From contig JANWZO010000006.1 of assembly GCA_025054615.1 (NCBI GenBank), positions 7,596-71,595 of the forward strand: a DNA stretch of 64,000 nt. The letters are read 5' to 3'. Source of the stretch: Kiritimatiellia bacterium. GTDB taxonomy: Bacteria; Verrucomicrobiota; Kiritimatiellia; CAIVKH01. The translations under genes were made by a program, and so were the position numbers. Below are positions 41,792-51,779 of this stretch, one piece after another. Position 1 is the first letter of the stretch. Every line of letters starts with the position of its first letter. The notes under the pieces were generated by a model that was not told the origin of the DNA, searched no databases, and saw nothing but the letters and a program-made list of their open reading frames with translations.

Positions 41792-44526
41792 CGCGATTTC
41801 GCCTTTCCCAGTTGGCCCTCGCCGGTTCTGTAGTCGGCCTCATCTTCGGCAGCACCCTCGTTTGCGCCCTCGCTCTCGGTCTGCTGCCCGCATCGAAAAC
41901 GACCCTTGCGGCAACGGTCGTCGCCGTTGCACTGACGCTCGCCAGTTTTCTCGGGTATGTCCACGGTCTTCGTAAACGCATCCAGAGGTTGAGGGACCGT
42001 GCTCAACAGGTGTCCTACCTCGGCGAACCTCCCCGGGCGGAGACCGCACCCAGTCGATCCTCCGGCGAACCCTGGGAGGTCGAAATCTCAAACGCGTTTG
42101 ATCAGTTAACCGAGGAAATCATTCGGTTACGGCGCGAAAATGCCGAGCTTGAGGAAGGTCTTCAGCAGCGGACGTCGGAGCGAGATGAGGCCCGCAAATC
42201 GCTCGCCGAACTATCCCTCAAACGGATCCAGGACGACCGCGAGCATGCGGAAAAGGAACGGCTGTATCGCGCCCTACTCGACACCTTGCCGATTGGGGTC
42301 ATCCTACAGGATGCGGCGGGCAACATCCTCGATGCCAACCGAGCGTTCAGCGAACTGACCGGCTTTTCTCGCGATGAACTCGCGGGTCGGCTGGCCGCGG
42401 AGGTGTTCGAGCCGCCCGTCCGCTCGGAGGCTGGATCAAAAATCCGCGACACATCCCCCGATGATTCCGTCGTCCGCGAGGTGTCTCTGCGAAATCGGGA
42501 CGGCAGAACGCGTTTCGTTGAAATCCGTGAACGCGGCATCACTCTACCGGAGGGACGACGCCGCATCATCGTCACGGCGATGGACATCAGCGCCAGGAAA
42601 CAACACGAAGAACTTCTCCGGGAAAGCGAGTTGCGGTATCACACCCTTTTCAACACGATGATCACCGGCTTCGCCCTGCATGAAATCATCTGCGATGAGC
42701 AGGGCCGGCCCGTTGATTACCGCTTCATCGATGTCAATCCGGCCTTCACCGCGATGACGGGCCTCCGCCGCGACGAGGTGCTGGGCAGGCGTGTTCGGGA
42801 AATTTTTCCGGACATCGAACCGGTTTGGATCGAACGATATGGCAAGGTGGCGCTTACGGGGCGCCCGATTGCGTTCGAGGAGTATTCGGCTGACCTCCAG
42901 AAATATTTCTCAGTGATTGCGTTCAGTCCCCGCCGGGGGCAATTCGCTGTGAATTTCATCGACGTCACCGAGCAGCGACGCGCGATGGACATCGTCCGTC
43001 TACAGGGAGCCGCGCTTGAGTCCTCGGCAAACGCGATCATGATTGTCGACCGGGAGGGTGTTATCACGTGGGTGAATTCCGCGTTCACGACCCTGACCGG
43101 TTACAGCCGAGAGGAAGTCCTTGGAAAGAGCCCCAACATCCTGAAGTCGGGCCGGCATCCTCCGAACTTCTACAAGCAATTGTGGGATACGATCCTCTCC
43201 GGTCAGCTTTGGCGCGGTGAAGTCATCAATCGCCGAAAAGACGGATCACTCTATCTCGAGGAGCTGATCATCACGCCCGTGTTGGACGCTCAGGGTCGAC
43301 CCTCGCACTTTGTCGCCATCAAGCAGGACATTACGGAGCGCCGCTCTCTCCAGCAGCGCCTGATGGAGGCTCAAAAGATGGAGACCATCGGACGACTGGC
43401 CGGGGGCATCGCACACGACTTTAATAACATTTTGCAGGCTATCACCGGTTTCAGCCATCTGTTGCTGGAGAGCATGGACCCGCGAGATCCGCTCCGCGCC
43501 GATGTCATCGAAATCGATAAGGCCGCACGACGAGCCGCCGAGCTGACCCGCCAGTTGCTGGCCTTTGGGCGCAGGCAGATGCTGGAACCGCGGGCGGTCG
43601 ACATCAATGCGCTTGTCGAGGGCACCCGGAAGATGCTTCAGCGGCTGATCGGGGAAGATATCGAGTTGGAGGTGCGACTCGAACCCAATCTCGACCCTGT
43701 CCGCGTCGATCCGGGCCAGATCGAGCAGGTGCTCGTCAATTTGACGCTCAATGCGCGCGACGCCATGCCGTCCGGTGGCCGCCTCACGATTTCAACCGTC
43801 GGCATCGTGCTGCTCAAAGAGGACGCCCTGATGATGCCGGAAAAACGACATGGCCGGTTCGTTGTGCTTGACGTGACGGATACTGGGGTCGGTATGACGC
43901 CCGAGGTTCGCGAGCGGATTTTCGAACCGTTCTTTACGACAAAAGGACCGGGACGCGGGACGGGATTGGGCCTCTCGGTCGTGTATGGCATCATTCAGCA
44001 ACATGAGGGGATGATTCACGTCTACAGCGAGCCGGGCCAGGGGACGACCTTTCGAATCTATCTGCCCGTCTGCGGCGATGGGTCCGCCGTGGAAACGAGC
44101 GCCCTCGAGGACAGGCAGCGGTTGACCGCGCTGCCGCGGGGTCGAAATGAAAAGATCCTGGTCGTCGAAGACGAGGCGGGCATCCGGGAATTCGTATCAA
44201 ACGCTTTGCGGCAATACGGCTACCAACCCATTCTTGCGGGCCGGGCCGATGAAGCAGAAAAGTTGTTTGACGAAAACGACGGCTCGCTTTCTCTGCTGTT
44301 TACGGATGTGGTGCTACCCGACCGCACGGGTCTGGAACTGGCCGAAGCATTGCGACGAAAAAAGTCCGAACTGCGCGTTCTCCTCACCAGTGGTTACACC
44401 GACGACAAGTCGCGCTGGCCGCTCATTCGCGAGCGCGGATACCCCTTCCTTCAAAAACCGTATCCCCTCCAGACCCTACTGCACACCATACGTCAGACGC
44501 TGGACCTTCCGCCTCCACCCGCTTGA
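41788..44526 (+). CDS. Hybrid sensor histidine kinase (2 TM - coiled coil - multiple PAS - HisKA - HATPase_c - REC)
   Basis: Two TM helices, PAS repeats, H-box [18 protein letters not shown], ATPase boxes, receiver (ILVVEDEAG...[12 protein letters not shown]). Overlaps HK2 by 4 nt. Confidence 0.9.
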   Translation: MTRFRLSQLALAGSVVGLIFGSTLVCALALGLLPASKTTLAATVVAVALTLASFLGYVHGLRKRIQRLRDRAQQVSYLGEPPRAETAPSRSSGEPWEVEISNAFDQLTEEIIRLRRENAELEEGLQQRTSERDEARKSLAELSLKRIQDDREHAEKERLYRALLDTLPIGVILQDAAGNILDANRAFSELTGFSRDELAGRLAAEVFEPPVRSEAGSKIRDTSPDDSVVREVSLRNRDGRTRFVEIRERGITLPEGRRRIIVTAMDISARKQHEELLRESELRYHTLFNTMITGFALHEIICDEQGRPVDYRFIDVNPAFTAMTGLRRDEVLGRRVREIFPDIEPVWIERYGKVALTGRPIAFEEYSADLQKYFSVIAFSPRRGQFAVNFIDVTEQRRAMDIVRLQGAALESSANAIMIVDREGVITWVNSAFTTLTGYSREEVLGKSPNILKSGRHPPNFYKQLWDTILSGQLWRGEVINRRKDGSLYLEELIITPVLDAQGRPSHFVAIKQDITERRSLQQRLMEAQKMETIGRLAGGIAHDFNNILQAITGFSHLLLESMDPRDPLRADVIEIDKAARRAAELTRQLLAFGRRQMLEPRAVDINALVEGTRKMLQRLIGEDIELEVRLEPNLDPVRVDPGQIEQVLVNLTLNARDAMPSGGRLTISTVGIVLLKEDALMMPEKRHGRFVVLDVTDTGVGMTPEVRERIFEPFFTTKGPGRGTGLGLSVVYGIIQQHEGMIHVYSEPGQGTTFRIYLPVCGDGSAVETSALEDRQRLTALPRGRNEKILVVEDEAGIREFVSNALRQYGYQPILAGRADEAEKLFDENDGSLSLLFTDVVLPDRTGLELAEALRRKKSELRVLLTSGYTDDKSRWPLIRERGYPFLQKPYPLQTLLHTIRQTLDLPPPPA

Positions 44527-45070
44527 CCGTCCGACGAAAGCCGTATTGACTTCTGCAGCGACGAACGATGGATGTCGTCCGTGAAAAACAGCACTGGGGC
44601 GTGTGCATATTGCCGGCGGCTCTTTGTGTTGCCGGAAATATTGTCCACTTCAGGAGTGCAAACACTTTCGCGGAGGAACTTGGGTCTCACCTTCTCTGAG
44701 TGATTCTCCCATCCCGATCAGGATGGAAACTTGAAATGAAAGCCGGCGCCACTGCCTATCTATCTCACTCATGACCTGTTGTATGGAGATTGCGACGTAG
44801 CCGACGCATCGTGTGAATTTTCACGGGACGAAACTCAGCTTGCCTGCTCGCTTGGCACGAATGCGTCTCACCCCTTACGCTTCGCCATCATGAAACCTTT
44901 GCCTCGATTCCTTCGACGGTCACCGGGGACTTTCAATCGATCGGCAACATCGCTCTCCCAATTGCTTCTGACTGGACCGAATGGCGCGCGGTTGGCATCG
45001 ATTGCGTTTCCTCCTCCGCGAACGCAACGGTCGTGGTCTTGCCTCCTTTATGGCGGCTGACCCGTTCGCC

Positions 45071-45727
45071 ATGAATCGCTGGACGGCAAAAGTTTTCCGA
45101 CACAGGCAGGTCTCATCAACGGCCTATGAGTTGACCCTGAGCCGAGATGGCCTGCAATTTCGCGCTGGCCAGTTGATAACGATTCACGGCCGGGACATCA
45201 CCGAAGACCGGAATTACTCGATCGCGTCTGGCGAAAACGATGACGCCTTGACCGTTCTCTATCGTTTGATTCCGGACGGCGTGCTGACGCCCCGCCTCGT
45301 CAGGCTTGCCGAAGGCGACTCGATTGACGTGTCGGGTCCTTATGGCGAATTTGTCATTCGTGACCTCGGCAGGCCTCTCGTTTTTGTCGCGACAGGTACG
45401 GGCATCGCCCCCTGCCGCGCCTATGCGAGGACCCACCCCGGGTTGGACCTGACTATCCTCCACGGCGTCCGCAGGGTCGAAGATCTTTTTTTCCGCAGTG
45501 AACTCGAGGCATACCATTATTTCCCTTGTGTCAGCGGAGAATCGTCCCCTTGGTTTCGCGGGCGCGTCACCGAATTCGCTAGATCGTTCAATTTTCCCCC
45601 CGATGCCGATTTTTACCTGTGTGGCGCCAATGAAATGTTCTATGAGATGCGCGAGATTTTGACGGAACGGGGAATCTCCCCCCATGCGATTTTTACCGAG
45701 GCGTATTACTACACGCATGATGCCTAG
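45071..45727 (+). CDS. Ferredoxin-NADP+ reductase-like FAD/NAD(P)-binding oxidoreductase (Fpr family)
   Basis: Fpr-like N-terminus (WTAKVFRHRQVSSTAYELTL), FAD motif RNYSIAS, NAD(P) motif LVFVATGTGIAPCRAY. Start at the internal ATG (MNRW). Confidence 0.8.
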   Translation: MNRWTAKVFRHRQVSSTAYELTLSRDGLQFRAGQLITIHGRDITEDRNYSIASGENDDALTVLYRLIPDGVLTPRLVRLAEGDSIDVSGPYGEFVIRDLGRPLVFVATGTGIAPCRAYARTHPGLDLTILHGVRRVEDLFFRSELEAYHYFPCVSGESSPWFRGRVTEFARSFNFPPDADFYLCGANEMFYEMREILTERGISPHAIFTEAYYYTHDA

Positions 45728-46829
45728 CGCCCGGGCCGTAAGCCTCGCTCTGGGTTGTGCGATCGCTGCAGGCTGCGCAGAAACTCCACCGGTCCGCCGA
45801 GCATTCCACATCGCCGGCCGGGATGGCGCGGTCACGGTCCCGAAGGCGGATGCGGACCGGCTGGCTGCGCTATCCGGCCTCGCGGAGATTCAGTACGGCG
45901 CCGCAGCAGCGGAATTCGACCTTTCAGACCGCCAGAGCGACCTGTCAAAAATCAATCGCGTCGCCGGTTCATTTCGCATGCAGGTCTCCTTCAACACGTT
46001 TCGCGCACTGGACCTCGTCCACTACTATTCCCAACTGACCCAGGGCGGATATGACCTCGCGTTACTCGGCGCGCTCGAAGCTTGGGGGATCGGCTCGGCA
46101 ACGCCCCCGCCCGAACCGCCCACAGATGAAGAGCTCGCCGTCCTCCGGGAACACATCGGGCCTCACCTGATTCAATTTTTTGATCCCGGCGGCGTCGCGC
46201 TCCTATCCCCGGCGGCGCGGCTTGCGCCGATGGGATTGCAATATGCCTACGGTGTTGATCTGGCTCTTGTGGAAGCCCGCCGATCCGGTTTCAACGCCGT
46301 GTTGTTCGAATGGGATCGCTACGCGCGCGCCCTAGGCCGCCAAGATCCAAACAACTACTGGTCTCTTCCCATCCGAAATCCCTTCGACGGACCTCCGCTT
46401 GGAACCCTCCGACTGCCCCCTAACCACGGGTTGGCGGTCATCGGATTGCGGGACCAGACTGTGACGATTGCCGGTGAAACCTATGGAGGCATCATCGACC
46501 CGAGATCCCTGCGTCCGGCCCAGGGAACCTGCCTGGCGGCTGTCCGGGCTCCAACCTGCCTGATGGCGCATGTGCTCGCGCACGCTCTGATCGTCCTCGG
46601 TATGGAGGAGGGCGCCCGGATTCTTCCGTCTTTCCCCGAGGCAGACGTTCTCATCATGCCGGACCGCCAGCCGGTCGAGCTTTGGGCAACCGAGGGTTGG
46701 ATTCGCGATTATACCCCGGCAGCCGATGCTCCCATCCCCCGCAGGTGGGGACAACACCCCACTCCCGAGAAGACCGGCGCGGACGGCTCTGAATCTATGC
46801 TACCCGGGGTCGAATCCGGCTCAACATGA
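45717..46829 (+). CDS. ApbE-like FAD:protein FMN transferase lipoprotein (flavin-trafficking protein)
   Basis: Lipobox LALGCAIAAGC; ApbE-like segments (SDLSKINRVAG, ...ETYGGIIDPRSLRP..., ...LAAVRAPTCLMAHVLAHALIV). Assignment by motif resemblance only. Confidence 0.6.
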   Translation: MMPSARAVSLALGCAIAAGCAETPPVRRAFHIAGRDGAVTVPKADADRLAALSGLAEIQYGAAAAEFDLSDRQSDLSKINRVAGSFRMQVSFNTFRALDLVHYYSQLTQGGYDLALLGALEAWGIGSATPPPEPPTDEELAVLREHIGPHLIQFFDPGGVALLSPAARLAPMGLQYAYGVDLALVEARRSGFNAVLFEWDRYARALGRQDPNNYWSLPIRNPFDGPPLGTLRLPPNHGLAVIGLRDQTVTIAGETYGGIIDPRSLRPAQGTCLAAVRAPTCLMAHVLAHALIVLGMEEGARILPSFPEADVLIMPDRQPVELWATEGWIRDYTPAADAPIPRRWGQHPTPEKTGADGSESMLPGVESGST

Positions 46830-48161
46830 TCGGCCGCGCTGTCGGGATGATCGGAGGTGCGCGAGTACGGCCCCCGCCAGATGAAGTGAGCCAGTTATGA
46901 CCAGTAGAGCGCCCTGTTCGCGACACCAAGCCCGAGCAAGGTCCCACGCCTCATCGAGCGGACGAGGCGGTTCAGAATTTACGATGCCGGCGAGAACGGC
47001 GGCTCGCTCCAACTCCCCGGACTCCATGGCCCTGGCGTCTTCCAACCGGACGAGCCAGACCTTTTGCGCCGCGCCACGCCAGGCGGCCAGGCATTGAACC
47101 GCATCTTTGTCCTCGAGAAAGCCGGCCACCAAGCCGATGGGCCTGTCCCCACGCACCTCATCTATCGTGCGGCGAAGCGCTTCCATCGCCTGGGGATTGT
47201 GCGCTCCATCGAGAATCGTTGTCGGGTCTCGCTCAATCAATTGCGCCCGAGCCGGCCACACCACCTCTTGTAAGCCTGCCCGAAGCACGGCGCCGCTCAA
47301 GGGTCGGCCAAGTTGCTCCAGAGCAATCTCGGACATCGCGACGGCGATGGAAATATTTGCCAGTTGATGGCGTCCGATCAGCGGGCAACGGGCGCGAACG
47401 CTCAGGCCTCCAGCGGTTTCGACACGGACGTCCTGCCACTCTACGCTTTGGCTGATACGTTCCACGCTGCATACGTCAGACGCGCGCACAAGGTGGGCCC
47501 GCCGCTCGCGAGCGACCCTTTCAATCACCTCATCCGCCGCGGGCAGTAAATGGCCAACAACAACTGGCCGGCTCGACTTGATGATTCCGGCTTTTTCCGC
47601 AGCAATTTTCTCCAGCGTGTCTCCCAACCACTTTTGGTGGTCAAAGCCGATCGTCGTGATCGCACAGGCCAGAGGTTCAACTATGTTTGTGGCGTCCAGC
47701 CGACCTCCCATGCCCGTTTCGATCACGGCAAGCTGTACGCCGGCCCGCTGAAAATGGCGGAACGCCAATCCCGTGGTGAATTCGAAAAACGTCACATCCC
47801 GCTCGCCGTCTTCGCGTACACGCGCCGCGGCCGCCTCAACGGCGTCAATCCCATCGGAGAGTTCGGCATCACCAATCGGAGCGCCATCCACTTGGATCCG
47901 CTCATGAAATCGCTCCAAGTGGGGAGAGGTATACAGGCCCGTTCGCAAACCGGCCGCCCGAAAAATGGAAGCCGCGATGGCACAAACCGAACCCTTGCCA
48001 TTCGTGCCCGCCACATGGACGTTGGGAAAGGCAAGATGCGGGTCGCCAAGCTCTCGCGCGAGCCGCCGCATCGGCTCCAGGCCAAGTTTGATGACGTGGA
48101 GGTTGCGCCGGTAAAGCCGCTCAAGGACGTCGCTGAGCGGTAGCTTCTCGGGGTGCGCCAC
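46821..48161 (-). CDS. folC: Bifunctional folylpolyglutamate synthase / dihydrofolate synthase
   Basis: P-loop HVAGTNGKGSV, Mur-ligase-family core, and C-terminal domain; collinear with FolC. Confidence 0.9.
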   Translation of the reverse strand: MAHPEKLPLSDVLERLYRRNLHVIKLGLEPMRRLARELGDPHLAFPNVHVAGTNGKGSVCAIAASIFRAAGLRTGLYTSPHLERFHERIQVDGAPIGDAELSDGIDAVEAAAARVREDGERDVTFFEFTTGLAFRHFQRAGVQLAVIETGMGGRLDATNIVEPLACAITTIGFDHQKWLGDTLEKIAAEKAGIIKSSRPVVVGHLLPAADEVIERVARERRAHLVRASDVCSVERISQSVEWQDVRVETAGGLSVRARCPLIGRHQLANISIAVAMSEIALEQLGRPLSGAVLRAGLQEVVWPARAQLIERDPTTILDGAHNPQAMEALRRTIDEVRGDRPIGLVAGFLEDKDAVQCLAAWRGAAQKVWLVRLEDARAMESGELERAAVLAGIVNSEPPRPLDEAWDLARAWCREQGALLVITGSLHLAGAVLAHLRSSRQRGRSC

Positions 48162-48175
48162 TTAAGGCCCCGCAG

Positions 48176-49063
48176 CTACGGTTGGGCGGGCGCCGGCCTC
48201 GCAGGTCGGCCTGTCAGGTAGTCGAGCGCCGTGACGAGCGTCTGCTTGAGCGCTTTCCGATTGACAACCTTGTCGAGGAGTCCTTTTTTCAGAAGGAATT
48301 CCGACCGCTGAAAACCTTCAGGAAGGTCTTGCTGCGTCGTTTCCTTGATGACGCGAGGCCCGGCAAAGCCGATCAGCGCGCCGGGTTCGGCAATGATCAG
48401 ATCCCCCAGCGTCGCAAAGCTGGCCATCACCCCGGCTGTCGTGGGGTGCGTAAGCACGGGAATGTAGGGAAGCCCCGCCTGAGCATGCTTTGCGAGTGCG
48501 GCGCTGGTCTTCGCCATCTGCATCAGGCTGAACATCCCCTCGTACATGCGCGCTCCCCCAGACGCGCAAACGATGATCACGGGCAAACGGAGCGCGGTCG
48601 ATTTCTCAATCAGCCGCGTCACCTTTTCGCCGACAACCGATCCCATGCTGGCCCCCAGAAATGAGAAGTCCATGACGCCCAGTCCGATCTCATGGTGCGC
48701 CATGCGTCCACGCCCGATGGTGATCGCGTCATTATAGCCGGTCTTGCGAATGTTTTCCTCCAGCTTGCTGGTGTAAGAGGCCGTCCCGGTGAAGCCCAGT
48801 GTGTCAACACTGTAAAGATTGGCATCCCATTCTTCGAAGGTCCCTTCTTCTATCAGCAATTTTATCCGGTCCGCACGGCTCATCTGAAAATGATGGCCGC
48901 ACTTCGGGCAGACGGACGCGTTCTCTTCGAGCTCCTGCTTGAAGACGATTTCCTGGCACCCCGGACATTTCAGCCAGAGGCCGTCCGGGATATCCCGTTT
49001 CCTAACCTTGACCGTTGAGTAATTTTTCTTGCTAAACAAAGCCATGGCAGAATGTTTCTCCAC
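48176..49063 (-). CDS. accD: Acetyl-CoA carboxylase carboxyltransferase subunit beta
   Basis: Zn-ribbon CPGCQ...CPKCGHH and the carboxyltransferase domain (GGARMYEGMFSLMQMAK). Confidence 0.95.
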   Translation of the reverse strand: MEKHSAMALFSKKNYSTVKVRKRDIPDGLWLKCPGCQEIVFKQELEENASVCPKCGHHFQMSRADRIKLLIEEGTFEEWDANLYSVDTLGFTGTASYTSKLEENIRKTGYNDAITIGRGRMAHHEIGLGVMDFSFLGASMGSVVGEKVTRLIEKSTALRLPVIIVCASGGARMYEGMFSLMQMAKTSAALAKHAQAGLPYIPVLTHPTTAGVMASFATLGDLIIAEPGALIGFAGPRVIKETTQQDLPEGFQRSEFLLKKGLLDKVVNRKALKQTLVTALDYLTGRPARPAPAQP

Positions 49064-49064
49064 C

Positions 49065-49799
49065 TCACTGGCCGCGCGCCAGTGTCAGCACCGAAACAGA
49101 AATGCACCCAGCCGCCTTGAGAGCGCGCGCACAGGCGCTGACCGTTGCCCCCGTTGTCATCACGTCATCCACCAGGAGCGCCCGCTGGCCGCGAATCCGA
49201 GCCGGTGAGGGCGCCTTGAATGCTTCCTGAACGTTAGAAAGGCGTTGTTTCGCTGTCAAATGCGTTTGCGTTTCCGTCGGGCGAACCCGGACCAGCGCCC
49301 CTGGCAGGTGCGGACACCCGATACGACGGGCCAGCCCCGCGGAAAGCAGCGTCGCCTGATTGAACCCACGGGCCCGCTCACGAGCGGGATGAAGAGGCAC
49401 CGGGCAAACAAAATCCGGCCGGGGTCCGTCGCAAAACCATACCGTCCAGCACGCTTCAAGCCATTGAATCAGCTCCTCCTGAAGCCAGATTCCGCCCCGA
49501 TATTTGAACGTGTACACGGCCCCGACTGCCGCGCCCTCGAACCGAACAGCCGACCGCGCCAGGTCAAAATAGGGTTTCATTTCGTCGCAATGCGCGCAGA
49601 CGAATTCGTGGTCGGCGCGACCCTCGATCGGATTCCCGCATCGGGAACAGCAGGGTTCTCCGATGGGCCGCAGCGATTCCCGGCAGGGCCAGCAGAGAAA
49701 TCCCGGACCTTCGGCGATGGGCGCTCCGCATGCTCCACAACACCGCGGGTACATCAGATCCAGCGTCGCCCAAATCCATTCGGTAGCGGTCGCCATCAC
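49065..49799 (-). CDS. ComF-family protein (phosphoribosyltransferase domain, ComFC/GntX-like)
   Basis: N-terminal Cys pairs (CCGAC...CWPC, CSRCG...CAHC) and a PRTase motif LLVDDVMTTGATVSA. Confidence 0.75.
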   Translation of the reverse strand: MMATATEWIWATLDLMYPRCCGACGAPIAEGPGFLCWPCRESLRPIGEPCCSRCGNPIEGRADHEFVCAHCDEMKPYFDLARSAVRFEGAAVGAVYTFKYRGGIWLQEELIQWLEACWTVWFCDGPRPDFVCPVPLHPARERARGFNQATLLSAGLARRIGCPHLPGALVRVRPTETQTHLTAKQRLSNVQEAFKAPSPARIRGQRALLVDDVMTTGATVSACARALKAAGCISVSVLTLARGQ

Positions 49800-49921
49800 C
49801 TCGCCAACCTATCCACAAGTCCGACAAGTCGGCAACCCTCCTTGCGACCCCCTGCCAACTTCATTGACAAGCTCAATCAGCCGGCCCTACTCTGCCCAGT
49901 GATACGGATTGATCGCTCCGG

Positions 49922-50737
49922 ATGCTGGCCGTTGGTCAAGAGTTCGCGGGTTTTGCAATTACCCGTCGCCTCGCGGCAGGAGGAATGACCTACCTCTATG
50001 TGGCGGTCGATTCGCAACAGAACCGTGTTGTAATCCGTCGGCTGAAACCGGATTACCTTCGGGACAAGAGGATCCGAAATTCCTTTTTACACGGCGCCGA
50101 AATTCTCGGGCATCTGCACCATCCGAACGTGATCCGGCTCATCAAGGCCGGTATTTACCAGGACGAGCCGTTTATGGCGCTGGAATACATCGAGTCCCGA
50201 AATCTCCGCGATCTCATTCTGCGAAAAGACCCGCTGATTTACCAAAACACACTCACCATTTTGAGGCAAATGGCGTCCGCCATCGCCTATGTACATTTGT
50301 CCGGCTTCCTCCACCTCGACATAAAACCCGAAAATTTCATCGTGCGGAATGATGCGCTCGTCGTGCTGATCGACTTCGACCTCGCGACCGAACGCAAACC
50401 TAAACCCGTCAAAATATCCCCGCTGCCAGGCACGTTCGCGTACCTGCCGCCCGAGACCCTGCTCAAAAACCTTGTCGATGAACAAACCGATATTTACGCG
50501 TTCGGCGTTACAGCCTACGAAATGTTCACGGGCCACAAACCGTTTGAGGGCGTGACCTTGGAAGACGCCAAAAAAAATCAACTTGACCCCAACGGAAAGC
50601 CGACCCGGTTCCGCTTCCACAACGTCAACCTCCCGGCCCCCATGGAAAACCTTATTTACAAGTGCCTTGCATACCGGCAAAGCGACCGATACCCTTCCAT
50701 GTCTCTGGTCCTTCGAGACCTTGAGACCATGGTATGA
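49922..50737 (+). CDS. Eukaryotic-like Ser/Thr protein kinase domain protein (short, 271 aa; atypical catalytic motifs)
   Basis: Catalytic loop LHLDIKPEN (HxD instead of HRD), DFDLA (DFG G->D), PPE (APE-like), alphaC AEIL; the beta3 VAIK position reads VVIRRLK. No TM, PASTA or other sensor domain. Confidence 0.75.
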   Translation: MLAVGQEFAGFAITRRLAAGGMTYLYVAVDSQQNRVVIRRLKPDYLRDKRIRNSFLHGAEILGHLHHPNVIRLIKAGIYQDEPFMALEYIESRNLRDLILRKDPLIYQNTLTILRQMASAIAYVHLSGFLHLDIKPENFIVRNDALVVLIDFDLATERKPKPVKISPLPGTFAYLPPETLLKNLVDEQTDIYAFGVTAYEMFTGHKPFEGVTLEDAKKNQLDPNGKPTRFRFHNVNLPAPMENLIYKCLAYRQSDRYPSMSLVLRDLETMV

Positions 50738-51771
50738 CGCAATTCGTTGTCGAAAAGGCAGATACAAAAGGAGGCCGCTCCGCCCGCCTCCTCGCAGTCG
50801 GACTTTTGGTCGCCGTATGCGCGGCTGCCTTCCTCATAAGTCTCTATGCCCGGCACTCGGGCGTCCGGGTGGACGAACTCACAGCCGATCACAGTGACGT
50901 CGGAATTGAGGGACCATCACTCCTCCCTGGCGCAATCGCAAACGAACCGCCTTCGGATCCCGCGCCGCCGGCCAGCCCTTCTGTTCCCGGCCCCGTGAAT
51001 GAATCGGCCAGCTTGACGCCGACGGAAACGAATGTAGTGGCGGAATCTCCGATCAAGACGGGAGAGCACCCTGCGATAGTCCTTCTTCGGGAAGCGAAAC
51101 AGCTCAAGGGCGAGGACCGGTTGCAGGACGCACGAGAAACGGCGCTCAGGGCGCTTGATCAGAACCCGGACGCGTCCACGCTCCAAGCCTTGGAGTCGCT
51201 CTTGGGCGAGGTCGGGATCGCCCTGGTCACGACACCCCGGCCCATGCCCGAGAAAATTGACTACGTAGTCCAGCCGGGCGATTCGCTGGGCCGAATCGCG
51301 CGAACCTACGGGACCACTATCGAACTTCTTGAGAAAAGCAACCGGCTAAAATCCAGAGTGATTCGACCCGGGGACCGGCTTCGTGTCCTGACCGGCACCT
51401 GGTCCATCCGCGTGAACAAAACACGCAATGATTTGGTCCTCTCATTGAATGACCGTTTTTTCAAACGATATCGCGTGGGAACGGGCGAATATGCCACAAC
51501 GCCCACGGGCGAATTCAGGATCACCGACCGAATCCCCCAACCGACGTGGTGGCACCCCGACGGGCGCACCATCCCCTACGGACACCCGGAGAATTTGTTG
51601 GGCACGCACTGGCTCGCGCTGGATATCAAAGGGTACGGGCTGCACGGCACATGGGAGCCGGAAACCATTGGCCGGCAGTCCAGCATGGGGTGCGTTCGAC
51701 TCGTCAACGAAGACATTGAGGAACTCTTCACGTTGGTGCCGGTCGGCACGCGCGTGATCATTGAAGACTAG
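50734..51771 (+). CDS. L,D-transpeptidase (YkuD) with LysM domain and N-terminal membrane anchor
   Basis: TM helix (LLAVGLLVAVCAAAFLISL), Pro/Ser-rich linker, LysM (YVVQPGDSLGRIARTYGTTIELLEKSN), YkuD catalytic HGT...SMGCVRL. ATGA overlap with the kinase gene. Confidence 0.85.
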   Translation: MTQFVVEKADTKGGRSARLLAVGLLVAVCAAAFLISLYARHSGVRVDELTADHSDVGIEGPSLLPGAIANEPPSDPAPPASPSVPGPVNESASLTPTETNVVAESPIKTGEHPAIVLLREAKQLKGEDRLQDARETALRALDQNPDASTLQALESLLGEVGIALVTTPRPMPEKIDYVVQPGDSLGRIARTYGTTIELLEKSNRLKSRVIRPGDRLRVLTGTWSIRVNKTRNDLVLSLNDRFFKRYRVGTGEYATTPTGEFRITDRIPQPTWWHPDGRTIPYGHPENLLGTHWLALDIKGYGLHGTWEPETIGRQSSMGCVRLVNEDIEELFTLVPVGTRVIIED

Positions 51772-51779
51772 CGCGGAGG

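Noticed and set aside
49868-49900. Sigma-70-like promoter (TTGACA-N17-CTACTC) upstream of the Ser/Thr kinase gene
   Set aside because: The -35 is perfect but the -10 is weak (3/6). The promoter consensus of this lineage is unknown. Not reported as a feature.
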